From positions 1 through 53,302 of the forward strand of contig JACQPB010000005.1 of NCBI GenBank assembly GCA_016202305.1: a DNA stretch of 53,302 nt, in the 5' to 3' direction. A model generated the notes under the pieces. It worked only from the letters and a program-made list of their open reading frames with translations, had not been told where the DNA came from and did no database searches. Shown piece by piece: positions 19,906 through 29,563 of this stretch (its first letter is position 1; every line of letters starts with the position of its first letter). Origin of the DNA: Candidatus Iainarchaeum sp. (GTDB lineage: Archaea; Iainarchaeota; Iainarchaeia; Iainarchaeales; Iainarchaeaceae). Both the position numbers and the translations under genes were made by a program.

Positions 19906-20032
19906 TACAAATTTTGAATGGCTGCTTTTAAATTCATATATTTTGGACAATGACTAATAAACTTTGTAACTTCATTTGCTGTTATTTCATTTGCTGGCCT
20001 GTTTTTTTTCTATTGAGCAATAATATGGTTTA

Positions 20033-20050
20033 TGCTCATTATAATGAGCA
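20033..20050. promoter_or_regulatory. Perfect 18-bp palindrome, putative operator between divergent genes
   Basis: TGCTCATTATAATGAGCA is its own reverse complement. Confidence 0.45.
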
Positions 20051-20132
20051 AACCCGCCAAAATTGCTGGAAAAGCACCATTTAATCACTCATAGTAAACA
20101 TTTTTATATACTTTTGTTTAGTATATTTTTCT

Positions 20133-21380
20133 ATGTTGTCAGATGTGCTTGTTTTGCAAAAGCGTGAATTGGAAGCGCGCCTTGCAGAGCGGTTTATTGA
20201 AAGGGATGCAAAGCTGCGGAATGCAGCCAGTGACACGATAAAAGTCATTATCGGGCCGCGCAGGGCGGGGAAGTCGTTTTTTGCAATTCATGAATTGCGA
20301 AAATTGGGCTCATTCGGATATGTCAATTTTGATGATGAGCAACTGGCAAAAGTGGAGGATTTCAACGAAGTTCTGGCAGCTATAGACAGCCTGTATGGCT
20401 CGCCGCGCTTCCTGCTGCTTGACGAGGTCCAGAATTTCCCAAAGTGGGAACTGCTTGCAAACAGGCTCCAGCGGCAGGGGCGCAACCTTTTCCTGACGGG
20501 CAGCAATTCGAACCTTTTGAGTGCGGAACTTGCAACGCACCTGACCGGGAGGCACACCTTGGCTTATGTGTTCCCGTTCTCTTTCAAAGAATTTTTGGCT
20601 TTGGAAAAAAAAGAACTGACTTCTGCTGAAACCAAGCAGAAATTGCTTGATTTTGTGACTTACGGGGGCTTTCCAGAACCGCTTGTCAAGAAAATGGATT
20701 ATGCCGATTATGTGTCAAGGCTCTTCGATAACATCATGTACAAGGACATAATTTCGCGCTACAAACTCCGGCGCATAAAGACCGTGCGGGAAATAGCGCA
20801 GATTCTTTTTTCGAACGTCACAAAGGAATTTTCCTACAACCAGCTGAAAAACTCGGTCCAGAAAACAAGCGTAGTAACGCTCCAACGGTTTATTTCATAT
20901 CTTGAGGAAGCCTTTGTTTTTTTCGAGATGCCGCGCTTTTCTTTCAAGGCAAAAGAGCAGGCGAAGTACAACAAGAAGATATACTGCTTTGACAACGGCT
21001 ATATTTTTGCCAAGGCATTCAAAACAAGCCCTGATTGGGGCGGGTTATTTGAAAATGCCGTGGCCATCGAATTAAAGAAAGGGGAAATTGAGCACGAGCA
21101 CAAGGTATTCTACTGGAAAAATGCGCAAAACCACGAGGTCGATTTTGCCATCCAAAAAGACCGGAAAATCAGTCGGCTAATCCAAGTGTGCTTTGACCCA
21201 ACGGACCCGAAAACAAAAAAACGCGAGGAACGCGCATTGCTAAGGGCAAGCCATGAACTGAACTGCCAAAACCTTTTAGTGCTGACCAATGACTACGAGG
21301 CAACCCAGAAAACGGAATGGTTCGGGCTAAAAGGCACAGTAAAATACAAGCCCCTATGGAAATGGCTGCTCGAAAACTGA
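20133..21380 (+). CDS. AAA+ ATPase, AAA_14 + DUF4143 family
   Basis: GPRRAGKS, LLDEVQN, LTGSNS, LTGR, GGFPE, KIYCFDNG, LFEN and EVDF...IQV motifs. Confidence 0.92.
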   Translation: MLSDVLVLQKRELEARLAERFIERDAKLRNAASDTIKVIIGPRRAGKSFFAIHELRKLGSFGYVNFDDEQLAKVEDFNEVLAAIDSLYGSPRFLLLDEVQNFPKWELLANRLQRQGRNLFLTGSNSNLLSAELATHLTGRHTLAYVFPFSFKEFLALEKKELTSAETKQKLLDFVTYGGFPEPLVKKMDYADYVSRLFDNIMYKDIISRYKLRRIKTVREIAQILFSNVTKEFSYNQLKNSVQKTSVVTLQRFISYLEEAFVFFEMPRFSFKAKEQAKYNKKIYCFDNGYIFAKAFKTSPDWGGLFENAVAIELKKGEIEHEHKVFYWKNAQNHEVDFAIQKDRKISRLIQVCFDPTDPKTKKREERALLRASHELNCQNLLVLTNDYEATQKTEWFGLKGTVKYKPLWKWLLEN

Positions 21381-21448
21381 AAGTGGCAGGAAGTATTCAT
21401 CAGGGCAATCTTTGTTGTGGCATATGGGCCGACAAATACTCCCCAAGA

Positions 21449-21511
21449 GACGTGTTCTTCAGCGAGATATTCTTGAGTCTGAACGCTGAAAACCGGGCGG
21501 AAAATGGCTGA
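21449..21511 (+). repeat. Diverged copy of the scpA 3' end
   Basis: Encodes [20 protein letters not shown] versus scpA DVFFGEIFLSLNAGNQAEKS*. Confidence 0.85.
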
Positions 21512-21618
21512 CAGCCAACTGCTGCAATGTGCGGTTTCCGCCTTGCAGAATGCCGGCTCAGGAAAAAAGTTTATATCCTGATATGCGGCAATCACTACTT
21601 TATTGGCGGGGTGTTTTC

Positions 21619-22038
21619 TTGAAAAACGATGCAAATGAAAAGTGGAAGGCCAAGCTCACCCCTCAGCAGTACAATGTTTGCAGGCTTGGCGGCACCGAAG
21701 CTCCTTTCACCGGCAAGTATGTGCACCACAAGGAAACCGGAATGTATTCATGTGTTGCTTGCGGAAACGAGTTATTCGACTCCGGGACAAAATTCGATTC
21801 CGGCACCGGGTGGCCCAGCTTCTATGACGTTGCGGCCAGAGGCGGGGTGAGGCTGCAGGATGATGGCAGCCATGGCATGCACAGGATTGAGGCGGTTTGC
21901 TCGAAGTGCGGCTCGCACCTCGGCCATGTTTTCGATGATGGACCAGGCCCTACGGGGAAGAGATACTGCATAAATTCAGCCGCGCTTGACTTCAAACTCA
22001 GCGAAAACAGGGGCAAAAGGCCTGCGGGAAACGATTAA
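21619..22038 (+). CDS. msrB: Peptide methionine-R-sulfoxide reductase
   Basis: [29 protein letters not shown] and RYCINS motifs with Zn CxxC pairs; likely TTG start at 21619. Confidence 0.95.
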   Translation: MKNDANEKWKAKLTPQQYNVCRLGGTEAPFTGKYVHHKETGMYSCVACGNELFDSGTKFDSGTGWPSFYDVAARGGVRLQDDGSHGMHRIEAVCSKCGSHLGHVFDDGPGPTGKRYCINSAALDFKLSENRGKRPAGND

Positions 22039-22064
22039 ATTCATGTTAAGCGTCTTCTTCTGCA

Positions 22065-23186
22065 ATGCAGGACATTGTTGAAACGGCCGCGGCCGAGGCA
22101 GTGAAGGCTTTGCGCTCCTGCGTCACGCCCAATGGCCTCTATGCTTCAGGCGGCCGCGGCGGGTATAGTTCCGTGTGGGCGCGCGATTCCATGATTTCGC
22201 TCATAGGCGCGTCTTTCCACACTCCTGAGTTCCGCGGCGTTTTCGCGAAAAGCCTCTCCGTGCTGGCGAAGTACCAGAGTGCCAATGGGCAGATTCCGAA
22301 TTGCGTTGATGTTTTCGAGCGCATAAACGACAAACCCGTAACGTTCGCCACGATAGATTCTAGCCTATGGTTCGTGCTCGGCGAGCATTTTTACAGGAAG
22401 CGGTTCGGCGCATCCATGCGGGGGAGGCACGCGGGGAAAGTAAAAAAGGCCATGACATGGATTGGGTGCCAGGATGCCGGGGAGGATTCGATGCCTGAGC
22501 AGCTCCCGACCTCGGATTGGCAGGACTGCTTTCCGCACAAGTACGGGCACACGATAAACACGCAGGCCCTCTACTATGCTGCGCTCAGGGTTGCCGGAAG
22601 GAAGGCCGCGATTCCGTTTTTTGTGAAGCAGGTGAACAGTTATCTCTGGGACGAAAAACTCGGTTACTTCCTGCCATGGCACTGGAAGGACCATGGAGAG
22701 TACAGCGAGAAGGCCCAATGGTTCGATTCGCTGGGCAATATCCTTGCGGCAGTGCTCGGACTTGCCACGAAAAGGCAGGCTAAAAGGATTCTCGCATTCA
22801 TCGAGGACAAGGGCATCAACAGGCCTTTCCCGGTGCGCGTCATCTACCCTCCCATTTCGAGGGGTTCCGCTGAATGGAGGGATTACTTCGACGCGTGCCT
22901 CGCCGCTGAAAGGCACTCCTACCTGAACGGCGGCATCTGGCCTTTCGTGGGCGGCTTCTATGTCACTGCGCTTGTAGCGGCCGGCGAGCTCCGAAAGGCC
23001 AGGGAGGAGCTTGCGCTGCTTGCGAAAGCGAATTCCCTCGGGAGGAAATTCCCGTGGGACTTCAATGAGTGGATAAGCCCTGTGGAGAAAAAGGCGATGG
23101 GCAGCAGGCACCAGGCGTGGAGCGCAGGGACCTATCTGCTGGCATACCACGCAGTGAAAACAGGCAGGAACCCGTTAAAGGTTTAG
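22065..23186 (+). CDS. (alpha/alpha)6 glycoside hydrolase (GH100-like / amylo-alpha-1,6-glucosidase-like)
   Basis: WARDSMI, TIDSSLWF, YLNGGIWPF, FNEW and QAWSAG motifs. Confidence 0.8.
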   Translation: MQDIVETAAAEAVKALRSCVTPNGLYASGGRGGYSSVWARDSMISLIGASFHTPEFRGVFAKSLSVLAKYQSANGQIPNCVDVFERINDKPVTFATIDSSLWFVLGEHFYRKRFGASMRGRHAGKVKKAMTWIGCQDAGEDSMPEQLPTSDWQDCFPHKYGHTINTQALYYAALRVAGRKAAIPFFVKQVNSYLWDEKLGYFLPWHWKDHGEYSEKAQWFDSLGNILAAVLGLATKRQAKRILAFIEDKGINRPFPVRVIYPPISRGSAEWRDYFDACLAAERHSYLNGGIWPFVGGFYVTALVAAGELRKAREELALLAKANSLGRKFPWDFNEWISPVEKKAMGSRHQAWSAGTYLLAYHAVKTGRNPLKV

Positions 23187-24353
23187 CCTTTTCTCTATCG
23201 TGCGCGCCATGTCGAGGGATGTCTTCCTGTAATCGAAGGCTGCCACTGCGCGCTCCCTGCCCTTTGCACCCATCTTGTCCCTCAGGGCATCATCCTGCAT
23301 CAGCCTGAAGAGGTGCCTCGCGAGGTCGTCGATGTCGGCCCGGACGGCAAACGTCTTGGGCTTGTCGAATTTTATTATCTGCTTCCTGCCGAACCCCATG
23401 TCCTTGTAGGCCCATTCCTGCTCGAGCTCTATGGTTTCGCCGACTTTTGCAAGCAGCCCTGTCTCGTTGTGCACCACCGTGTCCTTTATTCCCATAGCGT
23501 CAACAGAGAGCACGGGTATGCCAGCAGCCATTGCCTCGACCTGTATCATGCCGAATCCCTCTATCCTGCTCGGCGCGGCGTAAATGTCGGCGGCCGCGAG
23601 GAGCACGTTCATGGTTTCGCGCGAGCATGGGCCGTCTATGTACTTTATTTTTTTAGTGAACCCGAACTCCCTGGCTATCTGCCTTTCGGCCTTGTAATGG
23701 TACTTCGGCTCCCTGTTCTCCCAGCTCTTGCCGACGTATTTCCATTCAGGGAATTCACTGCCTATTTTGCCGAGTGCCCTCAGCATTTCCTGGAACCCCT
23801 TGCTCGTGGTGTCCCCGCCTATTGTCAGTATCATCTTTTCATCGGCCCTGATGCCGAGCATCTCCCTCATTGTGAGCACGCGTGGGTCGCTTTTCGGAAT
23901 GGGCTTCAGCAAGCGGGTGTCTATGCCTATCGGCGCTGGAAGAATATTGGGGTTGCGGACCCCGTCGCGGATGTAGGTTTCCTTCACCCAGTTGCTCGTC
24001 ACGAAGACCAGCGGAAGGCTGTCGAGCAGCTCGTGGTAATTCGCTACCCATCCGTCCGCATTGAGCCACGGCACTGGCGTTATGCCGTGCTCCATAGGGT
24101 GCTTTATTATGTCGGGAGCATCGCCCCAGAACCCTATCCCTATTGCCACGTTGGGCCTGAAGCTCCGGTAGAGAAATTCCTTCTCGAGGTCGGCTTTCCT
24201 ATTGCACTGCGCAGTTTCATATCCGTTCTCCGAGAGGCCGTTGGCGAGATAAAGGCCCTGGAGGCTGATGCCGTCAAGCTCCGGCGGGAAAGGGTAAAGC
24301 ACCAGCGGCCTTAACCCATGTCCCGGGCTTTTCACAGGGTCGTGGTTCGGCAT
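23175..24353 (-). CDS. Glycosyltransferase family 4
   Basis: KGFQE, PSRIEGFGMIQVEAMAAGIPV and VVHNETGLL motifs. Confidence 0.9.
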   Translation of the reverse strand: MPNHDPVKSPGHGLRPLVLYPFPPELDGISLQGLYLANGLSENGYETAQCNRKADLEKEFLYRSFRPNVAIGIGFWGDAPDIIKHPMEHGITPVPWLNADGWVANYHELLDSLPLVFVTSNWVKETYIRDGVRNPNILPAPIGIDTRLLKPIPKSDPRVLTMREMLGIRADEKMILTIGGDTTSKGFQEMLRALGKIGSEFPEWKYVGKSWENREPKYHYKAERQIAREFGFTKKIKYIDGPCSRETMNVLLAAADIYAAPSRIEGFGMIQVEAMAAGIPVLSVDAMGIKDTVVHNETGLLAKVGETIELEQEWAYKDMGFGRKQIIKFDKPKTFAVRADIDDLARHLFRLMQDDALRDKMGAKGRERAVAAFDYRKTSLDMARTIEKRLNL

Positions 24354-24357
24354 CGGC

Positions 24358-24939
24358 TCACACTATTCTCTTGAAAGATTCTGTCCGGGCGCAGCTGAGG
24401 AACTCGAAGCTGGTCTCCTGAAAACCATACGCATCGCGGATTAAATACCTTTTCATTTCATGCTCCCGACTAGTCAGCTCCACTCTGAGCGTGGATTCGG
24501 GATTCGGCTCGCACCTGAAGGGGCTTTCGCGGCGGGCATAATCGAACGTGAACAGGCCTGAGCACCTGAGCTCGCCGTCCGAAACCATTTCGAGCACGCA
24601 CTTGTGCGTTTCGATGTGCCTCTTGTGCCCGTACTCGCCGTTGCTGCCATGCGTGAATACCGTGCCGAACTCCTTGTCCATCGCAACCGCCGAGACGCGC
24701 TTCCGGACCTCGTCCATGTTCGGGAGGTCTTCCTCAGGGTGGTCGTCCTCCATGTCCGAGATGAAGCCGCGGGCGTTCAGCAGCGAGCATACCCTGAAGA
24801 ACTTCGGCTTCCTGTCGGGGTCGTCCTTCCTGCACAGCGAGAGTATAGTCCACTCCCATTCTTTTTCGCGCATTATCCTGCCGCCCATCCAGATTGTCTC
24901 GTCATCCGGGTGCGCGACTATCACGAGGGCCTTTGCCAT
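24358..24939 (-). CDS. PIG-L/LmbE family de-N-acetylase
   Basis: VAHPDDE and THGSNGEYGHKRH metal-binding motifs; ATG at 24939. Confidence 0.88.
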   Translation of the reverse strand: MAKALVIVAHPDDETIWMGGRIMREKEWEWTILSLCRKDDPDRKPKFFRVCSLLNARGFISDMEDDHPEEDLPNMDEVRKRVSAVAMDKEFGTVFTHGSNGEYGHKRHIETHKCVLEMVSDGELRCSGLFTFDYARRESPFRCEPNPESTLRVELTSREHEMKRYLIRDAYGFQETSFEFLSCARTESFKRIV

Positions 24940-25036
24940 GAGGAAGAGGTGCAGGGAAAAAAATAAATAGGGTGTATGCACTTACTTTGACTGCCTCCGG
25001 ATTCGCGGATGGCTGAGATGGTGCATCACTATATAT

Positions 25037-26695
25037 ACGGGCGGAAAAGTTTTTGCGGTAGGCGACCTGAACATTGACCTGTTCACGTACCACTCCGGCG
25101 CATTGAGGTTCGGCGAGGAGCATGCGGCGCGCGATTTCAGATGCGCTATAGGCGGGAACGCCGCCAACTCCGCCATGGCGCTTTCAGGCCTCGGCATTGA
25201 TGTTTCGCTCGTAAGCGCAATCGGGAAGGACGCGTTCACTCCGTTCCTGAGGCGCGAGCTGTCGAAGGGCGGCGTGAGGCAGGTTCTTTCACGGCTTGAC
25301 TCGCCGAATGGCGTGTCTACCATTTTTGTAAGGGCCGGGGGGGAGCGCGCCATCATTTCCCACAAGGGATGCCTTCTCGGCCTCGACTCGCGCATGGTAT
25401 CGCGCTCTCTCCTTCCGCGCATTTCCCGCGGCGACATCGTGCTCTTCGGTGGCTATTTCCATCTTCCCGGCATGAGGAAGGGCTTCACAGGGCTGCTGAA
25501 GGCCATAAGGCGCAAGGGGGCCATTGCATGCCTTGACGCGTGCTTTGACGAGTACGGCACGTGGAAGGCGAGGCATTTCGCCAGGCATATAGACTATTTT
25601 TTCCTGAACGAGCTCGAGCTCTCGCGCATCACGCGCTCCGGGAAAAACACCCGTGCAGGGGTGGAGAGGCTGCTTTCATGGGGCGCGGGAAATGTTATAC
25701 TGAAAAGGGGCCGCCGCGGCGCTGAATTCCATTCGGCTTCTGGCCATGCCTATGCGAAGGCCTGCAATGTGCGGGCTATCAATGCGACAGGGGCTGGGGA
25801 TTTCTTCAATGCTGGCTTCCTGTATGGCCTCCTCAGGGGATTCAGTCCGGAGAATTGCCTGCTGTGCGGCAACTTTGTCGCAGGGCAGAAGATTTCGAGG
25901 CAGGATTACTTCATTCCGCGGAAAAAAACGCTTGCTGATTTCCTCGCAAAGAGGAGCCTTGCCGGAATAGTGCGCGTGAAGGATTATAGGGCCGTTTCCA
26001 GGGCGGCTTTCGATGCCGTTGCCGGGGCGCTGCGCGAAAAGCCATCTTCCGTGCTTTCGCTCGCGGCAGGAAAAACCCCGGTGGGCGCATACAGGATGCT
26101 TGCGAGGGCATTCAGGCTGGGCAATGTCGACTTTTCGAAAGCATCTTTCCTTGAGCTGGACGAATATATTTCCCGTGGCGGTTTTCCGCGCGAAAGATTC
26201 GCGGGGATACTGGCGAAGGAGCTTATCGGGAAGGTCAACTTCAGGCATGGCAATGTTTTCCTTTTCAGCGGAGATGCCGCGAAGGCGCGCGCTGAATGCA
26301 GGCAGGCGGAACACCTCGCTTGGCGCAGGGGCATTGACCTGCTCCTTCTCGGCATCGGGGAGAACGGCCACATAGCGTTCAACGAGCCCGGTTCTCCATT
26401 CAGTTCAGGCACGCGCGTAGTGCGCATTTCGCGCTCCGCCCTGAGGTCGCGCGGCGGAAAGCCATCTGGCCATCATGACGCAAATGCCGTGACGTTGGGC
26501 ATGCGCACTATCATGTCTGCCAGGAAGATTGTGCTGATTGCTGCAGGAAGGGAGAAGGCGCGGGCCATTGTGCGCGCGTTCGGCAAAAGGCCTGGCCAGA
26601 ATGTGCCTGCATCCATCCTGCAGATGCACGGCAATGCCACTGTGATAGTTGACCGTGCCGCGGGAAGGCTGCTTGCCGGGGCACGCATGGATTGA
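25037..26695 (+). CDS. PfkB carbohydrate kinase fused to a glucosamine-6-phosphate deaminase (NagB) domain
   Basis: PfkB motifs VFAVGDLNID (upstream of the called start), GGNAAN and ATGAGDFFNAG; NagB motifs LAAGKTP, LDEY and LGIGENGHIAFNEPG. The start codon is uncertain. Confidence 0.85.
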   Translation, partial: TGGKVFAVGDLNIDLFTYHSGALRFGEEHAARDFRCAIGGNAANSAMALSGLGIDVSLVSAIGKDAFTPFLRRELSKGGVRQVLSRLDSPNGVSTIFVRAGGERAIISHKGCLLGLDSRMVSRSLLPRISRGDIVLFGGYFHLPGMRKGFTGLLKAIRRKGAIACLDACFDEYGTWKARHFARHIDYFFLNELELSRITRSGKNTRAGVERLLSWGAGNVILKRGRRGAEFHSASGHAYAKACNVRAINATGAGDFFNAGFLYGLLRGFSPENCLLCGNFVAGQKISRQDYFIPRKKTLADFLAKRSLAGIVRVKDYRAVSRAAFDAVAGALREKPSSVLSLAAGKTPVGAYRMLARAFRLGNVDFSKASFLELDEYISRGGFPRERFAGILAKELIGKVNFRHGNVFLFSGDAAKARAECRQAEHLAWRRGIDLLLLGIGENGHIAFNEPGSPFSSGTRVVRISRSALRSRGGKPSGHHDANAVTLGMRTIMSARKIVLIAAGREKARAIVRAFGKRPGQNVPASILQMHGNATVIVDRAAGRLLAGARMD

Positions 26696-26824
26696 CATAC
26701 CGGCAGATGAGGGAAAGGATGGCCCCTGCCGCAAGCAACTTGGCTGAAAGGCATTTGAATTCTCGGTAGCCATGCCTTGAGTATATAGATGCCTTGATTC
26801 AAAACCATCGCCCCGGCGCGTTGC

Positions 26825-29005
26825 TCAGACTACCATAAGTCTCGCGAGCAGGTACGATATCGTGGCTTCCGCTCCCTGATTGGCATTCACTCCATTCGGC
26901 GTGAGGCCGTCATAGCACCCGCCAGTGGTTTCGTCATACACGGCCTGGTTCATGGAATTTTTGCCGAGGAACCAGTCGAACGATTCCCTCGCCTTGCGGG
27001 CATACGCATGGTCCCCTGTCCTTTCAAAAGCCTTGCGATATGCCACTGTCATGCCACCCGCCTCAATGGGCTGCTGGTCGAACATGGCGCGCTCCTCGCC
27101 CTTCGTGTACCATTTTTCCTGGCCTATGGGCACGAGTTTCCCGTCTATGAAAAGCGTCCTCGTGAGGAAATCCATTGATTCGCGGGCCACCTTTTCCGCC
27201 ATTCCGGTGCTGTCAAAAATTGCTGCCTCGAAGAGCGCCTCAGGGAGCGTGGCGTTTCCGTACGTGAGGTAATGCTCGAACCAGTGCCATTCCTTGTCGC
27301 TCGACTCCTCGTACTTGGAAATGAGCGACCCTATGAGACTGTCCTTTACCCGGTAAAAAGGGTGCTCGCTGAGGAATTCGCGCGAGTTCGCGATTCCGAT
27401 GAGAGTGTCCGCCTGTGCCCTAGGGGAGATTATTTCCCCGCTGCCTTCCATGGCCTTTTCAAGGGTCCTCTTTGCCCTGATGCGGTACTCTTCAGGAAGG
27501 CCGCTCTGCACTGCATACCCAAGCGCATTGACCGCCCTGCCGAAGCTGTCCTCGCTTCCGATGTCGTCGGAAAACTCGCGGTTCCCGTCAACAGTATTGT
27601 GGAACCTGCCGTCCGGAAGCTGGCATTTTTCCACGAAGGATAGGTAAGTGCTGGCAAGGCAGAGCATTTTCTTTGTGCCATAGCGTTCGTACGCTTTTGC
27701 CGCCACTACAAGCGCCCTCGCATTGTCGTCAAGCGTGTAGCCGCTCGCAGTGTCAGGCTCGGAATGGTTCGCGAACTGCACCATGCCAAAGCCGTCAGTC
27801 ATCTTTGAAAAGTGCCGGAAGCTCGCCCTCGGGATGTTGCTGAACTCCTCCGCGCCGAACGGCGAGAGGGAATCGAAAAGGCAATAGTACCTTGCGGACA
27901 CGTTGGGCCACGTCATTTTCCTGCTGTACTCATAGGCATTCCTTTCGAGGCTCCTTCGCTCTGCATCATTGCCGAGCAGCCTCACGGTTTCACTCGCGAA
28001 TTCCTCCGGCCTTGTCCTGCGCACCAGTATGCCTCTGCCGGAAGCCAGTACCTCGTTGTTGTAGTTGCTCCTCGAAGACACTATGGCCCTTCCGGCGCCC
28101 ATCGCATAACTCACCGTGCCGCTGCATATCTGCTTCGGGTCGATTGACGGAGACAGGTATATCGTGGCCATCTGGAGGCACTCGCTTATTTCCTCGAGCG
28201 TCAGGAACTTGTCGAGGAACTTCACTTTCCTCCCGACTCCGAGGCCTTCCGCGAGTTCCCTCAACTCCTGCCTGTAGCTCTCTCCCTCGATTTCGCGCAC
28301 GCGCGGGTGCGTCTGGCCCACCACGAGGTATTCCGTGTCAGGGTGCGCGCCGATTATCCCCGGCATGGCCTTTATGACGTTCTCCACTCCCTTACCCCTG
28401 CTGAGAAGGCCGAAAGTCAGAAGGACGTTTTTCGCGCGCACGCCATATTTCCTTTTCACCTTGAGCGCGTTCACTGGCCGCATGTTGGGTACGCCGTGCG
28501 GTATCACTTCCAGTTTCTCCGGAGGCAGGCCGTAATCCTCAAGGAGTATCGACCTCGCGGTCTCCGTCATGACAACCACCCTGTCGCTGAGGTGCGCAAT
28601 CTGCTGCACATTCTCCTTCATTTCCCTGGGAGGGGAATCTAAGACCGTGTGGAGCGTCGTGACGATTTTCCTGTTCAGCAGCTCCATGAACCTCAGTATG
28701 TGCCCGCCATATTCACCGCCGAAAAGGCCGAACTCGTGCTGTATGTTGACCACTCCAGCGTCCTTCATCCGGTTTATCTTCCTCGCGGCACTCTCATAGC
28801 TCGCGATGTCCTGCTCCGTGAGCTTCAGCGCGACCTTGCGGCCGTACTTGTGCAGGGTGCTGCCGGATTCGTTGACGGCTATGACCTTCGGGGAAACGGC
28901 GTTCCCGAATTTTTTCTGCATCGAGTCTGAAAGGTCTTTCGTGAATGTCGCTATTCCGCATTCGCGCGGCGGGTAAGAGGAGAGGAACAATACTGGCTTG
29001 GTCAT
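26825..29005 (-). CDS. GT4 glycosyltransferase fused to a six-hairpin glycosidase-like domain
   Basis: N-terminal YPPRECGIATF, QHEFGLFGG and FGLLSRGKG; C-terminal GYTLDDNARAL, FDQQPIEA and GCYDGL..NQGAE. Confidence 0.88.
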   Translation of the reverse strand: MTKPVLFLSSYPPRECGIATFTKDLSDSMQKKFGNAVSPKVIAVNESGSTLHKYGRKVALKLTEQDIASYESAARKINRMKDAGVVNIQHEFGLFGGEYGGHILRFMELLNRKIVTTLHTVLDSPPREMKENVQQIAHLSDRVVVMTETARSILLEDYGLPPEKLEVIPHGVPNMRPVNALKVKRKYGVRAKNVLLTFGLLSRGKGVENVIKAMPGIIGAHPDTEYLVVGQTHPRVREIEGESYRQELRELAEGLGVGRKVKFLDKFLTLEEISECLQMATIYLSPSIDPKQICSGTVSYAMGAGRAIVSSRSNYNNEVLASGRGILVRRTRPEEFASETVRLLGNDAERRSLERNAYEYSRKMTWPNVSARYYCLFDSLSPFGAEEFSNIPRASFRHFSKMTDGFGMVQFANHSEPDTASGYTLDDNARALVVAAKAYERYGTKKMLCLASTYLSFVEKCQLPDGRFHNTVDGNREFSDDIGSEDSFGRAVNALGYAVQSGLPEEYRIRAKRTLEKAMEGSGEIISPRAQADTLIGIANSREFLSEHPFYRVKDSLIGSLISKYEESSDKEWHWFEHYLTYGNATLPEALFEAAIFDSTGMAEKVARESMDFLTRTLFIDGKLVPIGQEKWYTKGEERAMFDQQPIEAGGMTVAYRKAFERTGDHAYARKARESFDWFLGKNSMNQAVYDETTGGCYDGLTPNGVNANQGAEATISYLLARLMVV

Positions 29006-29064
29006 TCGTTTTCGCCGCGGGGAAAATCTTGCATTCGATTAGAATTAGTGCATACCTTGTTTAA

Positions 29065-29559
29065 CTATTTTTTGTTTCGCGACATTTGCGCAACTGACTT
29101 CTCACGCAACAACGTTTCAGGGTTCATTGTCAGAATTCCTTTTGACGTAGAGCCAGTTATAGTTTTCGCGCCCCTTTCTCTTGCCACTTGAATCACTTTA
29201 TTTATGATTTTGCCGCAATTTCCTAATAGGCGCATATTTTTTGGCACCCATAACGAGACAACTACCATTCTTTTTTCATTAGGCTTCCACTCTATTATGG
29301 CGCTTCCTCTGGAACCGACATATGGGGGCAAGTTTCCAACCCACAGTGTTTTACCATCTTCATACCGAATTAAATTAGGTAGCTTCATTAACCGGCCAAG
29401 TGCAATGTGTTCACAATTAGCCCTTCCGCCTGAATTGAAATTTTCAGGAAGGCTGGCAAAATAAGGGCGCGAATAAAATTCCTCCGCACTTAACACCTGC
29501 CCTGCACGAACAGACATTCTTGCCCTTCGGCCTTTTTTTCTTGCTTTTACTGAAAACAT
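29065..29559 (-). CDS. Orphan GNAT-like protein with Arg/Lys-rich leader
   Basis: Degenerate motif A VVSLWVPKNMRLLGNCGKII...ARERGAKTI; AT-rich; starts 4 nt after the GH130 stop. Confidence 0.55.
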   Translation of the reverse strand: MFSVKARKKGRRARMSVRAGQVLSAEEFYSRPYFASLPENFNSGGRANCEHIALGRLMKLPNLIRYEDGKTLWVGNLPPYVGSRGSAIIEWKPNEKRMVVVSLWVPKNMRLLGNCGKIINKVIQVARERGAKTITGSTSKGILTMNPETLLREKSVAQMSRNKK

Positions 29560-29563
29560 AGTG

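Larger units (their letters stand above)
19449..21511 (+). mobile_element. Probable 2 kb insertion at the scpA 3' end, bounded by diverged direct repeats of the scpA terminus
   Basis: 19449-19511 and 21449-21511 match at 51/63 nt by hand alignment. The interior is lower in GC and has two genes; no integrase is visible. Confidence 0.6.

Noticed and set aside
19449-21511. The exact 2000-nt offset of the scpA repeat as an assembly artefact
   Set aside because: The copies differ at 12/63 positions, many synonymously, which misassembly would not produce; the round number is taken as coincidence.
21529-22038. Selenocysteine or readthrough in MsrB
   Set aside because: The catalytic residue is a normal Cys codon (RYCINS) and there is no in-frame TGA.
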